A stretch of DNA of 64,000 nucleotides. Origin: Epithemia pelagica (taxonomy: Eukaryota > Protista > Bacillariophyta). Location of the stretch: assembly GCA_946965045.2 (NCBI GenBank), contig OX337240.1, positions 2,170,001 through 2,234,000 on the forward strand. The letters run 5' to 3'. Of this stretch, positions 42,925 to 53,841 are shown piece after piece (position 1 is the stretch's first letter; the number at the start of each line of letters is the position of its first letter). Made by a program: the position numbers and the translations under genes. The notes beneath the pieces are model-generated. The model ran no database searches, was not told where the DNA came from, and saw only the letters and a program-made list of their open reading frames with translations.

Positions 42925-44097
42925 ATGTTGTTCTGTGTCCCAATGAGAGTTTCATGCATTCCTCGAAGGATACACCAAAGATTGATTGTGTCTCCTTCTA
43001 TAAGCTCCTGTCATGATTGCCGCAGCCCTGTTCGAAGGTTTTCAAGCGTGGATACATCGCCCACCTCTTCTTCCAAGGCAACCGACAGCGAAGGATCAAA
43101 GCAACCTCCTCTCTTGTTTCCCTGGAGACACGAAGGCATGGACAATTTAATTCCCCGTTTTACGACTGGTACTCGGGAGTTCAATACACTTCTTCCACTG
43201 TTTGCTCCAGAACCGCTCATGGCCTATGTGTTTATGGGTGAACCCGCCTGGAATGTCATGGTCACCAACCAATGGAAACGTGATCTGGAGGAGGGAATGT
43301 GTTATGCTTTTGCCCGTGGGGTTGCGGGAATGGTATCCAATGTCTATCGAGTTCCAATGAATAATGTCCTACCATCCGAGCAACCATCGTCGTCCTCAAC
43401 GTCGGCATCCCCCGATGTGTCATTTGTGTACACCGACAAGTCTTCCGATGACTTTTCTCCCTCGGACGGCGACCACGAGAAGGATGATTCTCAATTTTGC
43501 CCCGAAATTGATGACATGATGACTCCCAAACTCCGTCAACTCTTTCGATCGGCCCACGCCAGTGGCACAAGTCAACTTCGCATTCGCTTGGAATTGACAC
43601 CCAAGCAGGCGTACTTTCATCGCTTGTGTGGTTTGCCGTATGTCAAAAGAGATCATTTGGAAGACCAACCAGACTTACTCACCAATGCATTTACCAATAA
43701 AGAGGGTCGTCTGGAAGCGGATGGCTCTACTTTGTACCAGTTCATGTACGATAATGCGGCCCGAAACATGCTGCGATACGGCAAACTCGAAACGTCCTTG
43801 TCAGCCGAGGCACTTATAGTGTGTGATGAAATTTTTTGTGTGTGGGATGCCGAAACAGGTCAAGTCCTGCAAGGACGTGATAGTACAACGCCTCGGGAAG
43901 TGGCCCACGTGGTGACCTTTGAACGGGTGTGTCAGACGGACGAAGGCGCATCCTTTCCCTTTTTGCCCCAAATCCTCCACTTGTCCAATTGGCAAATTGC
44001 CGATATTGATGATTTGCTGGGACCACGAAAATGGTTTCATGTGGTGGTGCCAGAGCCAGAGAAGGATAAGTTTGACGAACCCACCGAGTCCAACTAA
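42925..44097 (+). CDS. Mitochondrial Tim44-like (Mba1/MRPL45-type) domain protein
   Basis: R/S-rich presequence (RRFSS). The C-terminal CDEIFCVWDAETGQVLQG..EVAHVVTFER..WQIADID resembles a Tim44-like fold. The start codon is inferred. Confidence 0.6.
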   Translation: MLFCVPMRVSCIPRRIHQRLIVSPSISSCHDCRSPVRRFSSVDTSPTSSSKATDSEGSKQPPLLFPWRHEGMDNLIPRFTTGTREFNTLLPLFAPEPLMAYVFMGEPAWNVMVTNQWKRDLEEGMCYAFARGVAGMVSNVYRVPMNNVLPSEQPSSSSTSASPDVSFVYTDKSSDDFSPSDGDHEKDDSQFCPEIDDMMTPKLRQLFRSAHASGTSQLRIRLELTPKQAYFHRLCGLPYVKRDHLEDQPDLLTNAFTNKEGRLEADGSTLYQFMYDNAARNMLRYGKLETSLSAEALIVCDEIFCVWDAETGQVLQGRDSTTPREVAHVVTFERVCQTDEGASFPFLPQILHLSNWQIADIDDLLGPRKWFHVVVPEPEKDKFDEPTESN

Positions 44098-45190
44098 TAA
44101 TGAATGAGAAATCGTGGGAAACGACGACGACGACGACTCCATGGTACTTTTTTTCAGATAGGCCTTGTTTTCTCTCGACTTGTATAGCTTTGTCGGAAAC
44201 CTTTTCCGAAAAGACACGCCATGCTATTAAACTAAATGAACATTGTACACAGAAACATATACTCGACAAGAATCATTGGAAGCCCGTCAAAGTAGGAGTA
44301 CCTAGTATCATTTAGGAACAGGGCGAAGGTATGAATTTTGTATTGGCAATGGGTTGATCATACGTAAATGACCAGCTCATAAAAGAAGACTTTGGTAGAG
44401 CCTTGGAACGACCAAGAGTGCAATATCTACAAGACAATAGGCATCGGCATTCACGATTTTGTACAATGGCTCATTCGGCTGAATCTATGGTATCGGTTAG
44501 CGTCCGTGTCTATTGGTCCCTCTGGAAATGCAAGTTGTTCAAGTCTCCGTGGTTCTCCGTGTGTGTTTTTATCCTTCCGAAATCTTGGACTGGAAAACGG
44601 CACTCGTTGTCTTTGTAGAGAAGAAAGAGTGAGAGGATCACTGTTTCTCTCTGTTGTACAAGGAATCGCTTCCAAACCTTTCCATACTGCAGAATGACCC
44701 TGATGTAGAGAACCACGAAAAGAAAAAGCTGGAAAGGAATGAAATCAACAACAAAAGTGGGACGAGGGAACCCATGGCTGTTACAGCAGTCGTTGCTGCA
44801 GCTACTACTCCTAGTCGTAAAACCGAACCTCGTTCGTTCTGTTACCGAAACCACCACCAAGCTCGGAACCGTTGTCCTCCTGGCATTTGTGTTGAGTGTC
44901 GTTCCGATTGGTTTGTCCAACGGTAGGAGCAACAACAGTCGATTTGGTGTGCCAAGCGTTGCGTGTGTGTGGTCCACAGGTTTGTGTCCAGAGAAGAGCA
45001 TAATCTCCAATCATGATATACGATGGATGAATGTTCTGTGTTGACGGCGACGAATGGTTGGCTCCTTAGACCAGTCCATTGGTTGGCGGTTTTGTAGTGT
45101 CGCCTTGAAAACACACGCACACCCTGCTGTACCACAAAGAGCGATGTTGCTTCATAAATGGAGGTTGCTGTTGTTGGCGGTGTTTGTTTC

Positions 45191-46888
45191 CTAGGAAGAT
45201 AATAATTGGTTCTTGTTGTTGATGTTGGTTTTTGTCGAGTGTTCGAGCCATTCCAGCCAGGCTTCCCACACCAAGAGACCATCGGGGACATAGTCCCATT
45301 CCTGCCACGAGGCCGGCCAGTCGGGAGAGTTGCTGTCATTGTCCTTGTCGTCGTTGAAAAAGGATTGTTGTGGGTGGTTCGGTTCCGCCCTCTGGACGGC
45401 CGCCAGTCCTTGATTCCGTCGTCCGGGCCAGTGGTGGGATTGCACCAATCGTTGCACAGACTGCTGTGCCGAAGCGTGGACGACCGGGTAGGGGACAAAG
45501 GCACCCCAAGCGACTTCTTCGGGTTGCCACACAATGGTTTCATCGTCATTGTCATCGTAGTCCTCCTGTTGTTGCTGCGCTGTAGTAGTCGTAGCCGTCG
45601 TTGGATAACCAAACAGGGTCACAACACATCGATTGACGGCGGTACACACCAAACAGGGTTTGACGAGACCCGGCCAGGAATGCAATCGGGTCCTTCCGTG
45701 ATGCAATCCCAATTCTTCGGCCACTTCTCGTTCTGCCGTCACACGAGCCTCTTCCGTGGCCAAGGAGACACCACCGACAAACATGTCATACAAACTGGGA
45801 AAGAGTCGTTTCGTGGCCGTTCGTTGATGGACATATAACTGCCACTTGGAAAGGGATCGAGTGAGGTCGTCGTTGTCGTCGTCGTCATGGTCGAGATCGG
45901 TTGTGGCTTCCGGAGAAGAAGGACGACGGTAGACCAACACCCCAATACCCCGATGCAACAAATTGTAGGAATGGACCAGTTGGCGTGGAACGTGACCCAA
46001 GGGTCGACCGGTCGCATCGACCAATTCGGCCACTTCCGTCGTGTCCGTCACGTTCCAAATGCCGTGATACAAGTCGGCCACCCACGTGTCCCTGGAAACG
46101 ACAAAGGACGAAAACGACAATGACAAATGGCCAGGATTGATGGACGGAGTGGTAGTCCACGACACGGTCCAGTGGGTCCCTGCCGCCGCCGTGGACGACG
46201 ACGACTCTGCCGGCTCCTGGATCCATGGTTGGACCGCTTGTTGCACTAGAATGCGCGCAATGATTTGCACCAAGTTCCAATCCACAGTTTCGTCGTCGTT
46301 TTTGTTGTTGAGGTTGTGGTGGAGCGTCAGAAGGACTTGGTGGTTCTGGTCGTCGGATGGATGTACTTCCACTTGCAATTCCAGACAGGCGGGGACACCC
46401 GTGATACAGGCGTGTCCCTGCTGGACACTGGACCATGCAAGGACCGTGTCGGAACCGTCCTGTGTGTCATGGTCCAACTCGTCGAGTTGGTAAAACCGAC
46501 ACGACTGGGTGGTGGTGGACGACGACGACGACAACGTATCGTCGGCTCGATCAAAGGCCAAGAGGTAGGGACCCGCGAGTGAAAACAACACCGTGGGCTC
46601 GCCGTGATCGTCCTTCTGGACCACGTCGTTGTCGTTGTCGTTCCGATTGTTGGGGCTGGTCTCGGCCATGATCCGGGTGCGATGCACAAAGCCTGTGCTA
46701 AGCCAAGACGAATGAATCGGTCGCACAAAAGAGGAGGAAGACGACAACGAGGGTACCAATCGAGAAGAAGCTGGTGGGACGACGAGCGTCGGAAAGGCTT
46801 GAATTCTGCGGGAATCCTGGGAAACCAAGACAAGGACCACGAGCAGGAGGAGTTGTGGTTGTGCCACAAATGTCAATGGCTGCATCAT
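45191..46888 (-). CDS. Plastid-targeted Nudix hydrolase (YfcD-like), 565 aa
   Basis: LVHSYNLLHRGIGV, QRTATKRLFPSLYDMFVGG and Nudix box AEREVAEELG. It has a signal peptide followed by IQA|FP. Confidence 0.85.
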   Translation of the reverse strand: MMQPLTFVAQPQLLLLVVLVLVSQDSRRIQAFPTLVVPPASSRLVPSLSSSSSFVRPIHSSWLSTGFVHRTRIMAETSPNNRNDNDNDVVQKDDHGEPTVLFSLAGPYLLAFDRADDTLSSSSSTTTQSCRFYQLDELDHDTQDGSDTVLAWSSVQQGHACITGVPACLELQVEVHPSDDQNHQVLLTLHHNLNNKNDDETVDWNLVQIIARILVQQAVQPWIQEPAESSSSTAAAGTHWTVSWTTTPSINPGHLSLSFSSFVVSRDTWVADLYHGIWNVTDTTEVAELVDATGRPLGHVPRQLVHSYNLLHRGIGVLVYRRPSSPEATTDLDHDDDDNDDLTRSLSKWQLYVHQRTATKRLFPSLYDMFVGGVSLATEEARVTAEREVAEELGLHHGRTRLHSWPGLVKPCLVCTAVNRCVVTLFGYPTTATTTTAQQQQEDYDDNDDETIVWQPEEVAWGAFVPYPVVHASAQQSVQRLVQSHHWPGRRNQGLAAVQRAEPNHPQQSFFNDDKDNDSNSPDWPASWQEWDYVPDGLLVWEAWLEWLEHSTKTNINNKNQLLSS

Positions 46889-47165
46889 GGTCGGGTTCTG
46901 GTGGTTGTATGTGGACGATGAGAGTCGTCTCCTCGCGTTTCGAGACGACTCTGTGATGGAGACTCTGTAGTATAATTTCCAATCCAGATCAACAATCGTG
47001 GCGATTGCTTCTGTCTCCCTCCCTCTTGTCCCAATAATCTATGGATCTCGGATCATGTGGAGAAAGGATGCCAATAGATGCCAATCGGTGTCAACAAGTG
47101 ACGTCCGTCCAAAACTGTGCGATGCCGCACGCACCCGCTGGGAGTTTACCTAAACTGAGTAGATA

Positions 47166-47759
47166 AGGGCTGGGTAAGCCGATCCATGTTCGGCTAAGTA
47201 GGTTCAGTACAAAAGCTACGTAGCGTACATAAAATCCCATAGTACACGTCATACCTGAAATGGTGGGAAGTCCGAAAAAATGCAAAAACACTCCACGATG
47301 ACGGCGAGATCCGTTGATGCCGCATGCATTTACCGATGCATCGCATCAACATCCTACTACTGTAAGTTGTTTGAGTTTGCTTGTATTACTGTGTTCTGCA
47401 GCTACAGAAGATTTGTCGCGTTGGATCAAAAGGTATACTGGTGATGTAATCCAAAAACCTTCCTAACTCATTCATTTCTCAACGGTGACTGAATCAAATT
47501 GAAACCATAGTTGCTCTAGTATTCAAGAGTATTATTCTAAAAGTGATTCAGTTAGGCTCAATTATCCATGAAGTTATTGCCATGGGGGTGATTTCTTCGA
47601 CCATTGTCGAGTGATGGTTTCCGGATTGCATTGTTTCTCGTGGCAGCAAGTTTTCGATTTGTGACCATTCGCCCCACTTGTTACAGTGATGAAAATAGTA
47701 CTACGTAGCTTAATGTACTGAGCCTACTTAGCCGAACATGGATCGGCTTACCCAGCCCT
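47166..47759. mobile_element. MITE, 594 bp, TA-flanked
   Basis: TIRs of about 58 bp (47166-47223 and 47701-47759). The first 37 bp, AGGGCTGGGTAAGCCGATCCATGTTCGGCTAAGTAGG, are perfect. TA flanks both ends. Confidence 0.9.
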
Positions 47760-49157
47760 TACTACCTAGCTGGAAATAGTACCGATATTGGCCAAGCGTT
47801 CAAGTTGATCCAAGAATGCCCAGAGAAGGGGGAAGTTTCAGCGGCAAAGTGGGCGTCTGTCCAAAGGTCGAAGAGGATGCGATCCTCGGTTCGCACTTGA
47901 TGATAGTTAGTGCAGTGACGTTGCGTGTTGCTTGGACACAATACGATGCAGCCTCTCCGTATCTAGTCTCATCCAGAGTGTATGGATGGAACGAACTGGA
48001 AAAAATGGATTCGTGGAGGAGATCCATTGGAACAACGTGACTGCACCTCCAACCAAACATTCCCACGAGCCCTTGATCTTGACTTTTTCACGACAGCCGA
48101 GCGTCCACCAGGCTAGTAGTTTCAGTTCCACCTGCGTACCAGTGACCATCAGTCCTTGTTTTGCAATTTGTCGCATAAAACTCGGAAAGAGTCCATCTTG
48201 TCTGGGAGTCTACTCCAAGCTCCAAGACACCTTTTTTGAACCACAAAAGCAGAGAAGAGGATCTGTAATAGGAGATAGGAGCCCAACTTGCCGGAGAATC
48301 GCCATGATTTCGTGGCTATACAATCCCCGGCTGGCGTTGGTACACTCCGACCCTCAATAACGCGACCCAGAGCCTGCCTACTCGTACAATACAATACAAT
48401 ACATTTGGGAGGGGCATAAGTACAACAGATGGCGAACCTTGCATCTTCTCCGACCAGTGATTGCATCTTCTCCGACCGCTGTCGCGGTCCATCGCGGTGT
48501 TTTCGGTCGATGGACAGACCGATTGAAACATGCGCGACCGCCACGACTCCACGACTTCAAGTCACGTCGAGTCATTTCACAATGGCCCAACCGTGCAGTC
48601 ATCCGATGACTGTAGGCGAAAACAGTACTACCAGAGTGGTCTCTCCAACTGGCGAACCACTTGCGGTTTGGGGGCGATGTCGTTCGCGACGAACGAAACG
48701 AGAGAGAGCCATCACGAAATCCAGAACGCATGAATTATTATTTTGACCTCTTCAACGTGTAATCGTAACCGGCAACCCTTGGATCCAACGGATACATTGT
48801 TCCCCGTGGTGGCAAAGCCAAGCCAACAAGCCAACATCATTCTCGTTGCGTTGGATCCATCGGCAGCAGAGTGCCTTGGACCAAATCGGCACTGCGTGAA
48901 GCGTGGAAGAACACGTTCAACGGATCTCTGACACTCTGAACGATTGACTCGACCTCTTGGTTCTGTACTAGATATCGATTGAATTGACAACGGATCCGCC
49001 CCCAGCCCAACCGGAAACATCCAATCCTTTTGCTGGTGGGATACACACCTCGTTTGGCAGTTGGATTCGCTCGTTCGTTCGTGCTGGTGGTGTTGTCATA
49101 GTGTTGGTGTTGACCCAACGTCCAAGGCAAACCAACAAGAACAAGAACAACCACAGA

Positions 49158-51719
49158 ATGCTGTATTCTCCTCCAACCCAGGAACGTCTCCTGGGCAACC
49201 ACGATTCTTTATCGATACCACCACCACCACCATCTTCGGGTGGTACTAACCAGGAACAACCGGCATGGTTGGACGGTTCCAGCGTAATGGATCGGACCAG
49301 CGCAACCTCCACCACCATCACCACGACACCCAAAACCAAGACTCTCGTCAAAACCACTACCACACCCACCAAATCGTCGTCGAGTAGTGGTGCAAGACGA
49401 CGTCGAGTGACAAGTGACACGGAACTCATGGCCGTCTCACCCTATAGCAAATCCTCCGTCTCTTCGGCCCTTTCCTCCTCCTCGTCGTCGTCGTGCTGTT
49501 CTTCCCCGCCACCACCACCACCACCCTTGCCACCCCTTTCCTCGCACTCCGCATCACGGCATTCTCCTCATCCCAAATCACCACCCCCCTTGAAAAAGAG
49601 CAAACTCACACAACCACGACTCGTGTTGACCACTACACCGGGTGGCACCTCCTCCTTGTCCATGACACCAGCAGCCACAACAACAACAACAACAAAAAAC
49701 AGTGCGGCAGTGTCGTCCTTGTCACCGCGACAACGACACTTTGTGGAACCACATCCTGCGCCGAGTGTTACCGCCCAGCCAGATGATTCCAAGCACCATC
49801 TCAGAACCAACCACCACAACCACAACAACACGTCGTCACCGTCTCGGGCAACCACCAAAATTGAATGGCATGCCGCCAATCAATGTCCCAAGGCACGAGC
49901 AGCAGTGGAGGTGACGGATGGGTCCAGTGAAATTGTCGCCAACGTGGTACAAGAGAATCATCATCATTATCGCACGAAAAGCCATGCCACATCCATTCAC
50001 CAACTCTTGCGACACGAACAGCAAGAACAACCTGGTGCGATTCCGTATGATTATCAAGCCGAAATCCAAGCCTTGGCCGAACGAGCGGATCAACACGAAC
50101 AAGAATTTGTGTCGCATCATGTGCACTTGTCCAGTCGCCATGAACAAGCCGGTGATTTAGTGTCAAGTTTGCATGCTTTGGAACATGCCTTGCAAGCCGT
50201 TTCCGTCCAGGAGTCGTCATCCTCATCATTATCATCATTCCCCAATGGTGGTGGTGCTTGTGTGTATCCAACCTTGATGGTCTCACATCCATTGCGTCGA
50301 GGAACGCTCTTGTATCGATCGGGCTTGATTCTGTGGAAAATGGGCAATTATGTCTTGAGCATGGCGCGATTGCGACAAGCTCAAGAAATTCATCGACAAG
50401 AACAACGGCAACCACAACAGGCCACTACTAAATTGCAGTCATTGTCCAGAACACCAATCCGCAACCACAAGAACAAGAACGAATCTTGTAGTGGTAGTAG
50501 TGCGCCTGGTTGGGAGGTGGACGAGACTGTGGTTGCCACCGCCGTGGGGGTCGGGAAGGGATGTTGGTCGGAAACCATGACGGAAATTCAAGTGGCACTG
50601 GGAAAAGTATCCCTGTCCATGGGAGATACCAAACAAGCCAAACGATATTTCATCCAGGCCTTGCGGATGATCGAATTGGATTGTTTGTTGTTGGATCAAG
50701 ACGAATCCTTGCTCTATTATCAACAAATGCAACTGCTCAAAGCCAAAATTCTTCGACAATTGGCCAGTCTCTTTATGATGGGTCTCGAAGAAGATTCGAG
50801 TCCAGAGGATACGATAGATTCCATCCAGAGACAAAAGTCGTGCCACAAGGCGGAAACGGCGCTCTCCGAATCCTTGCAGTTGCAACAAACCGTTTTGGGA
50901 AGCGAGGCTTGTATGTACAATACGGACTATGCCTTGACCATGGTTACCTATGGTCAGTTTCACGAACTTCAAGGTGACTATTTGAATGCAGCCATTATGT
51001 ATCTGGATGCTTTGGATATTTACCGACAATGCTATGCACAGGAATCCTCCTCCTGCAACTCCACCTCGTCCTGTCGAACCGACATGGCAGTGGCAGTGGC
51101 TCGCATTGGTTGGCTCCATTATCTCAATAAAGACTACCAAGAGGCACGAAGTCTCTATCTGGAAGCCTACGATTTGATCTACCCACTCTTGGGCCAAAAT
51201 CATGCCAATATCGCTTCCCTTCATGTCAAGATTGGAATGATTTATGCCGCCACCAAACAATGGTCTCGCGCCTTGAAACGGTACCGAACTGCCTTGGAGA
51301 TTCAACGACACGTACATGGTGGAAACCACAACAAAAGTGTGGCGCAAACGCTCTGCTTGATCGCTGTATGCTACTCGGAGCGACAGCAGCAACCGGACGG
51401 AGACCTGGACAACAAGAGTGACCATGATACAAAAAATACTACTAGTCCCTGGGAGACTCAGCGTGACTTGCACAGGGCCCTGCAATGTTGGCACCATGCC
51501 TTGCGCATACGACTCGATTTGTTGGGACGTGGTCATTTGTTGGTGGCCAAGACATTGGTTCCCCTGGGGAAATTGCAGCACCGCTTGAGTCAAATACGTC
51601 CTGCTGTGGAAAGTATCTCGGGTGCCTTGGAAATTTACAATTCTCATGGATTCACCTCCGACCATCCCCTGGTTCAAGAAGCTCGTGCGGCATTGCAACG
51701 CTCCTCCTGTAAGCGCTGA
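49158..51719 (+). CDS. TPR (kinesin-light-chain/NPHP3-like repeat) protein with a disordered N-terminus
   Basis: Repeats NHANIASLHVKIGMIY, YRTALEIQRHVHG and LRIRLDLLGRGHLLVAKTL. The ORF is open from 48984 and the first ATG is at 49158. Confidence 0.85.
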   Translation: MLYSPPTQERLLGNHDSLSIPPPPPSSGGTNQEQPAWLDGSSVMDRTSATSTTITTTPKTKTLVKTTTTPTKSSSSSGARRRRVTSDTELMAVSPYSKSSVSSALSSSSSSSCCSSPPPPPPPLPPLSSHSASRHSPHPKSPPPLKKSKLTQPRLVLTTTPGGTSSLSMTPAATTTTTTKNSAAVSSLSPRQRHFVEPHPAPSVTAQPDDSKHHLRTNHHNHNNTSSPSRATTKIEWHAANQCPKARAAVEVTDGSSEIVANVVQENHHHYRTKSHATSIHQLLRHEQQEQPGAIPYDYQAEIQALAERADQHEQEFVSHHVHLSSRHEQAGDLVSSLHALEHALQAVSVQESSSSSLSSFPNGGGACVYPTLMVSHPLRRGTLLYRSGLILWKMGNYVLSMARLRQAQEIHRQEQRQPQQATTKLQSLSRTPIRNHKNKNESCSGSSAPGWEVDETVVATAVGVGKGCWSETMTEIQVALGKVSLSMGDTKQAKRYFIQALRMIELDCLLLDQDESLLYYQQMQLLKAKILRQLASLFMMGLEEDSSPEDTIDSIQRQKSCHKAETALSESLQLQQTVLGSEACMYNTDYALTMVTYGQFHELQGDYLNAAIMYLDALDIYRQCYAQESSSCNSTSSCRTDMAVAVARIGWLHYLNKDYQEARSLYLEAYDLIYPLLGQNHANIASLHVKIGMIYAATKQWSRALKRYRTALEIQRHVHGGNHNKSVAQTLCLIAVCYSERQQQPDGDLDNKSDHDTKNTTSPWETQRDLHRALQCWHHALRIRLDLLGRGHLLVAKTLVPLGKLQHRLSQIRPAVESISGALEIYNSHGFTSDHPLVQEARAALQRSSCKR

Positions 51720-51805
51720 AAGGTTACAACCTTCTACCTCTCTAGTAGTATCACAACCTTTCTCATGTATCGTGGTTGCCTAGTAGTTGACTAGGTAGAG
51801 CTTTT

Positions 51806-53647
51806 TCAGCATGTTGTCGTTGTTGTAGGAGTTTCTTCGTCTGCTGGTTCAGCAAAGTATAGTGACGTCTTGCCAATGCATCGTCCAGACATTTGCAAGG
51901 TCAACGCCTTGCGCAGGTTTTCACACGTAAGGGGCAGACAAGTGATTTCGTGACACGAAAGAACACCATGGTCGACATGATTAGCCACCCGGGACAGAAT
52001 GTCGTGGTATCGCTTATCCTCGCATTGGTTGAGGATTGGAACAATTGAAATCTGAATGCTGTTTTGGAACAAGGCATGCAAATTTACAGAAGCATTCTCC
52101 AATGGCCACATACAACAAATACCTCCCATAGGCTTGACCAGGTTCACCAATTCCTGGACCGTTGCATCATTGAGATCAGCACAGTGCAACACATAATCGA
52201 CATAGTCGATTCCGTGTCTCTTCAGTTGTGAAAGTAGGGGTTGATAGTGATTGAGAATGATTTGGACACCCAGTTTCTGGACAAATTCCATGCTCTGTTC
52301 CTGTGATGCCGTGGCAATGACGGTGAGACCCAACACGTGCTGGGCCCAATCCATGGCCGCTGTCGCGACTCCACCTGCTCCACCGACAATCAAAATGGCC
52401 TTGTCATTATTGTATTCTCGTTCCGTCGGTATATTCAAGCGATTCGTCAGTGCTTCCCAAGCTGTAAGGTTCGACAAGGGAATGGTTGCGGCCTGACTCC
52501 AACTCAACGACAAGGGTTTGGGTCCAACACGACGCTCGTCGACACACACGTACTCGGCAAACACACCCGGGCTTTGAGCGTCGACTGCGAACATGACCTT
52601 GTCACCACATTGAAAGAGACTTGTCTCGGGTCCCACCTCTACAACAATCTACACAGAACCATCCAAAATGGGGTCAGAAAAGGAAACCACAACAGAGAAA
52701 GAAAAGGAGGAGAGGAAGATATGCGCACGTCGTCTTACCCCTGAAGCGTCACGTCCATGTACTAGCGGCCTATCCGCAAGATTCCAGTCCTTCACGACAT
52801 GACCATCTGTTAAACGTTTGCAGTCAATGCCATTGCTTCAGCGATCAGTCAAGAAACAGAAACGCTTGTCGTTAGAGAAGGAACGTGATATGGTTCCACC
52901 AGAACAAAGTCAAACAGTAACTTACACGGCAACGGCTTTGACTTGGACAACAATTTCGCGATTCCTGGGTGGAAGCGGTCGATCTATTTCAATTTCCTTA
53001 AGACTGGACAAATCCCCATTACTAGCAAGAAACGGACGAGGCCAACCAAAGGCTTTCATGGTCCAACTTTCATCATGTGATACACAATATCGCAAATCTT
53101 TGCGACCATCTTTTTCTCCCAGCCCCAGTCGATACAAAACATGTCGACGGCGAGTCAGTTTGGCATGATAGGTCTTTCGTCGGCATTCACTCGCGTCTGC
53201 GGGAAGGGGTGCCGGTACTTTGGGGACACGATGAAATCGAGTTTCAAATTCGGACCTGCCACATCCAATGGCACAACAATACTTGGTGGGATGTGATTTG
53301 GATGCGGATCGAAAGGGTCCAGGGTAATTCTTTTTGAATCGCTTTCGACCACGTTGATAACCCTGCTCCTGATTGTTGTCTAGTGATTGCTTCAATTCGG
53401 TCTCAGCGTCACCTTCTGTTGTTGCTGTTGTTGAATCGGCTGTAGTACCTTGCACTTTTTCTTCTTGTATACCCCTATCACCGTCTTCCTGATCCTCTTG
53501 GTGGTGAGGGTGGTTTCTCACGGTCGAAGCCCCCACCATATTCACTGTTTCGGAAGCGCTTTCAGAGACATCCAGAACAGCGGGTGGATCCACGTTGCTG
53601 TCTTCATCCAGGGTAGTATTCTGGACAACGGGGAGTCTTCTCATCAT
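51806..53647 (-). CDS. THAP-like zinc finger fused to an MDR (zinc-type ADH-like/quinone oxidoreductase, AL_MDR-like); exons 53647-52926, 52835-52739, 52648-51806 (553 aa)
   Basis: Two 90-nt GT-AG introns (52836-52925, 52649-52738) restore AVAVNGIDCK and RDASGIVVEVG. MDR motifs are AEYVCVDER, LTAWEAL and GGAGGVA. The upstream C-x3-C..FHRVP..RYCVSH segment is in the same frame. Confidence 0.82.
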
Positions 53648-53841
53648 GGTCAAACGACGGACAAAGCAGAACAAAACTGCGTTGAGAAAAAGGGAACGAT
53701 TCTCTCATTTTCTCGGCACGCATATTGAGCGCGACTAAATATGTGCACGTAATGTATCCGCGATCGACTGACTCATTTTAGATTGCGTGATGATGGTTTT
53801 GCCACCCATACCATTCTCACTTGAACAACAGTGTCATCGTA

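Noticed and set aside
44392-45044. Several 90-166 aa ORFs between the Tim44-like and Nudix genes
   Set aside because: They overlap on both strands and have no recognisable motifs, so a real gene cannot be chosen.
45191-46888. Isopentenyl-diphosphate isomerase call
   Set aside because: It lacks the IDI-1 CCSHP and EHE motifs and has DMFVGG plus a full Nudix box instead.
50439-51698. 419-aa minus-strand ORF
   Set aside because: It is the antisense shadow of the TPR gene and has no motifs.
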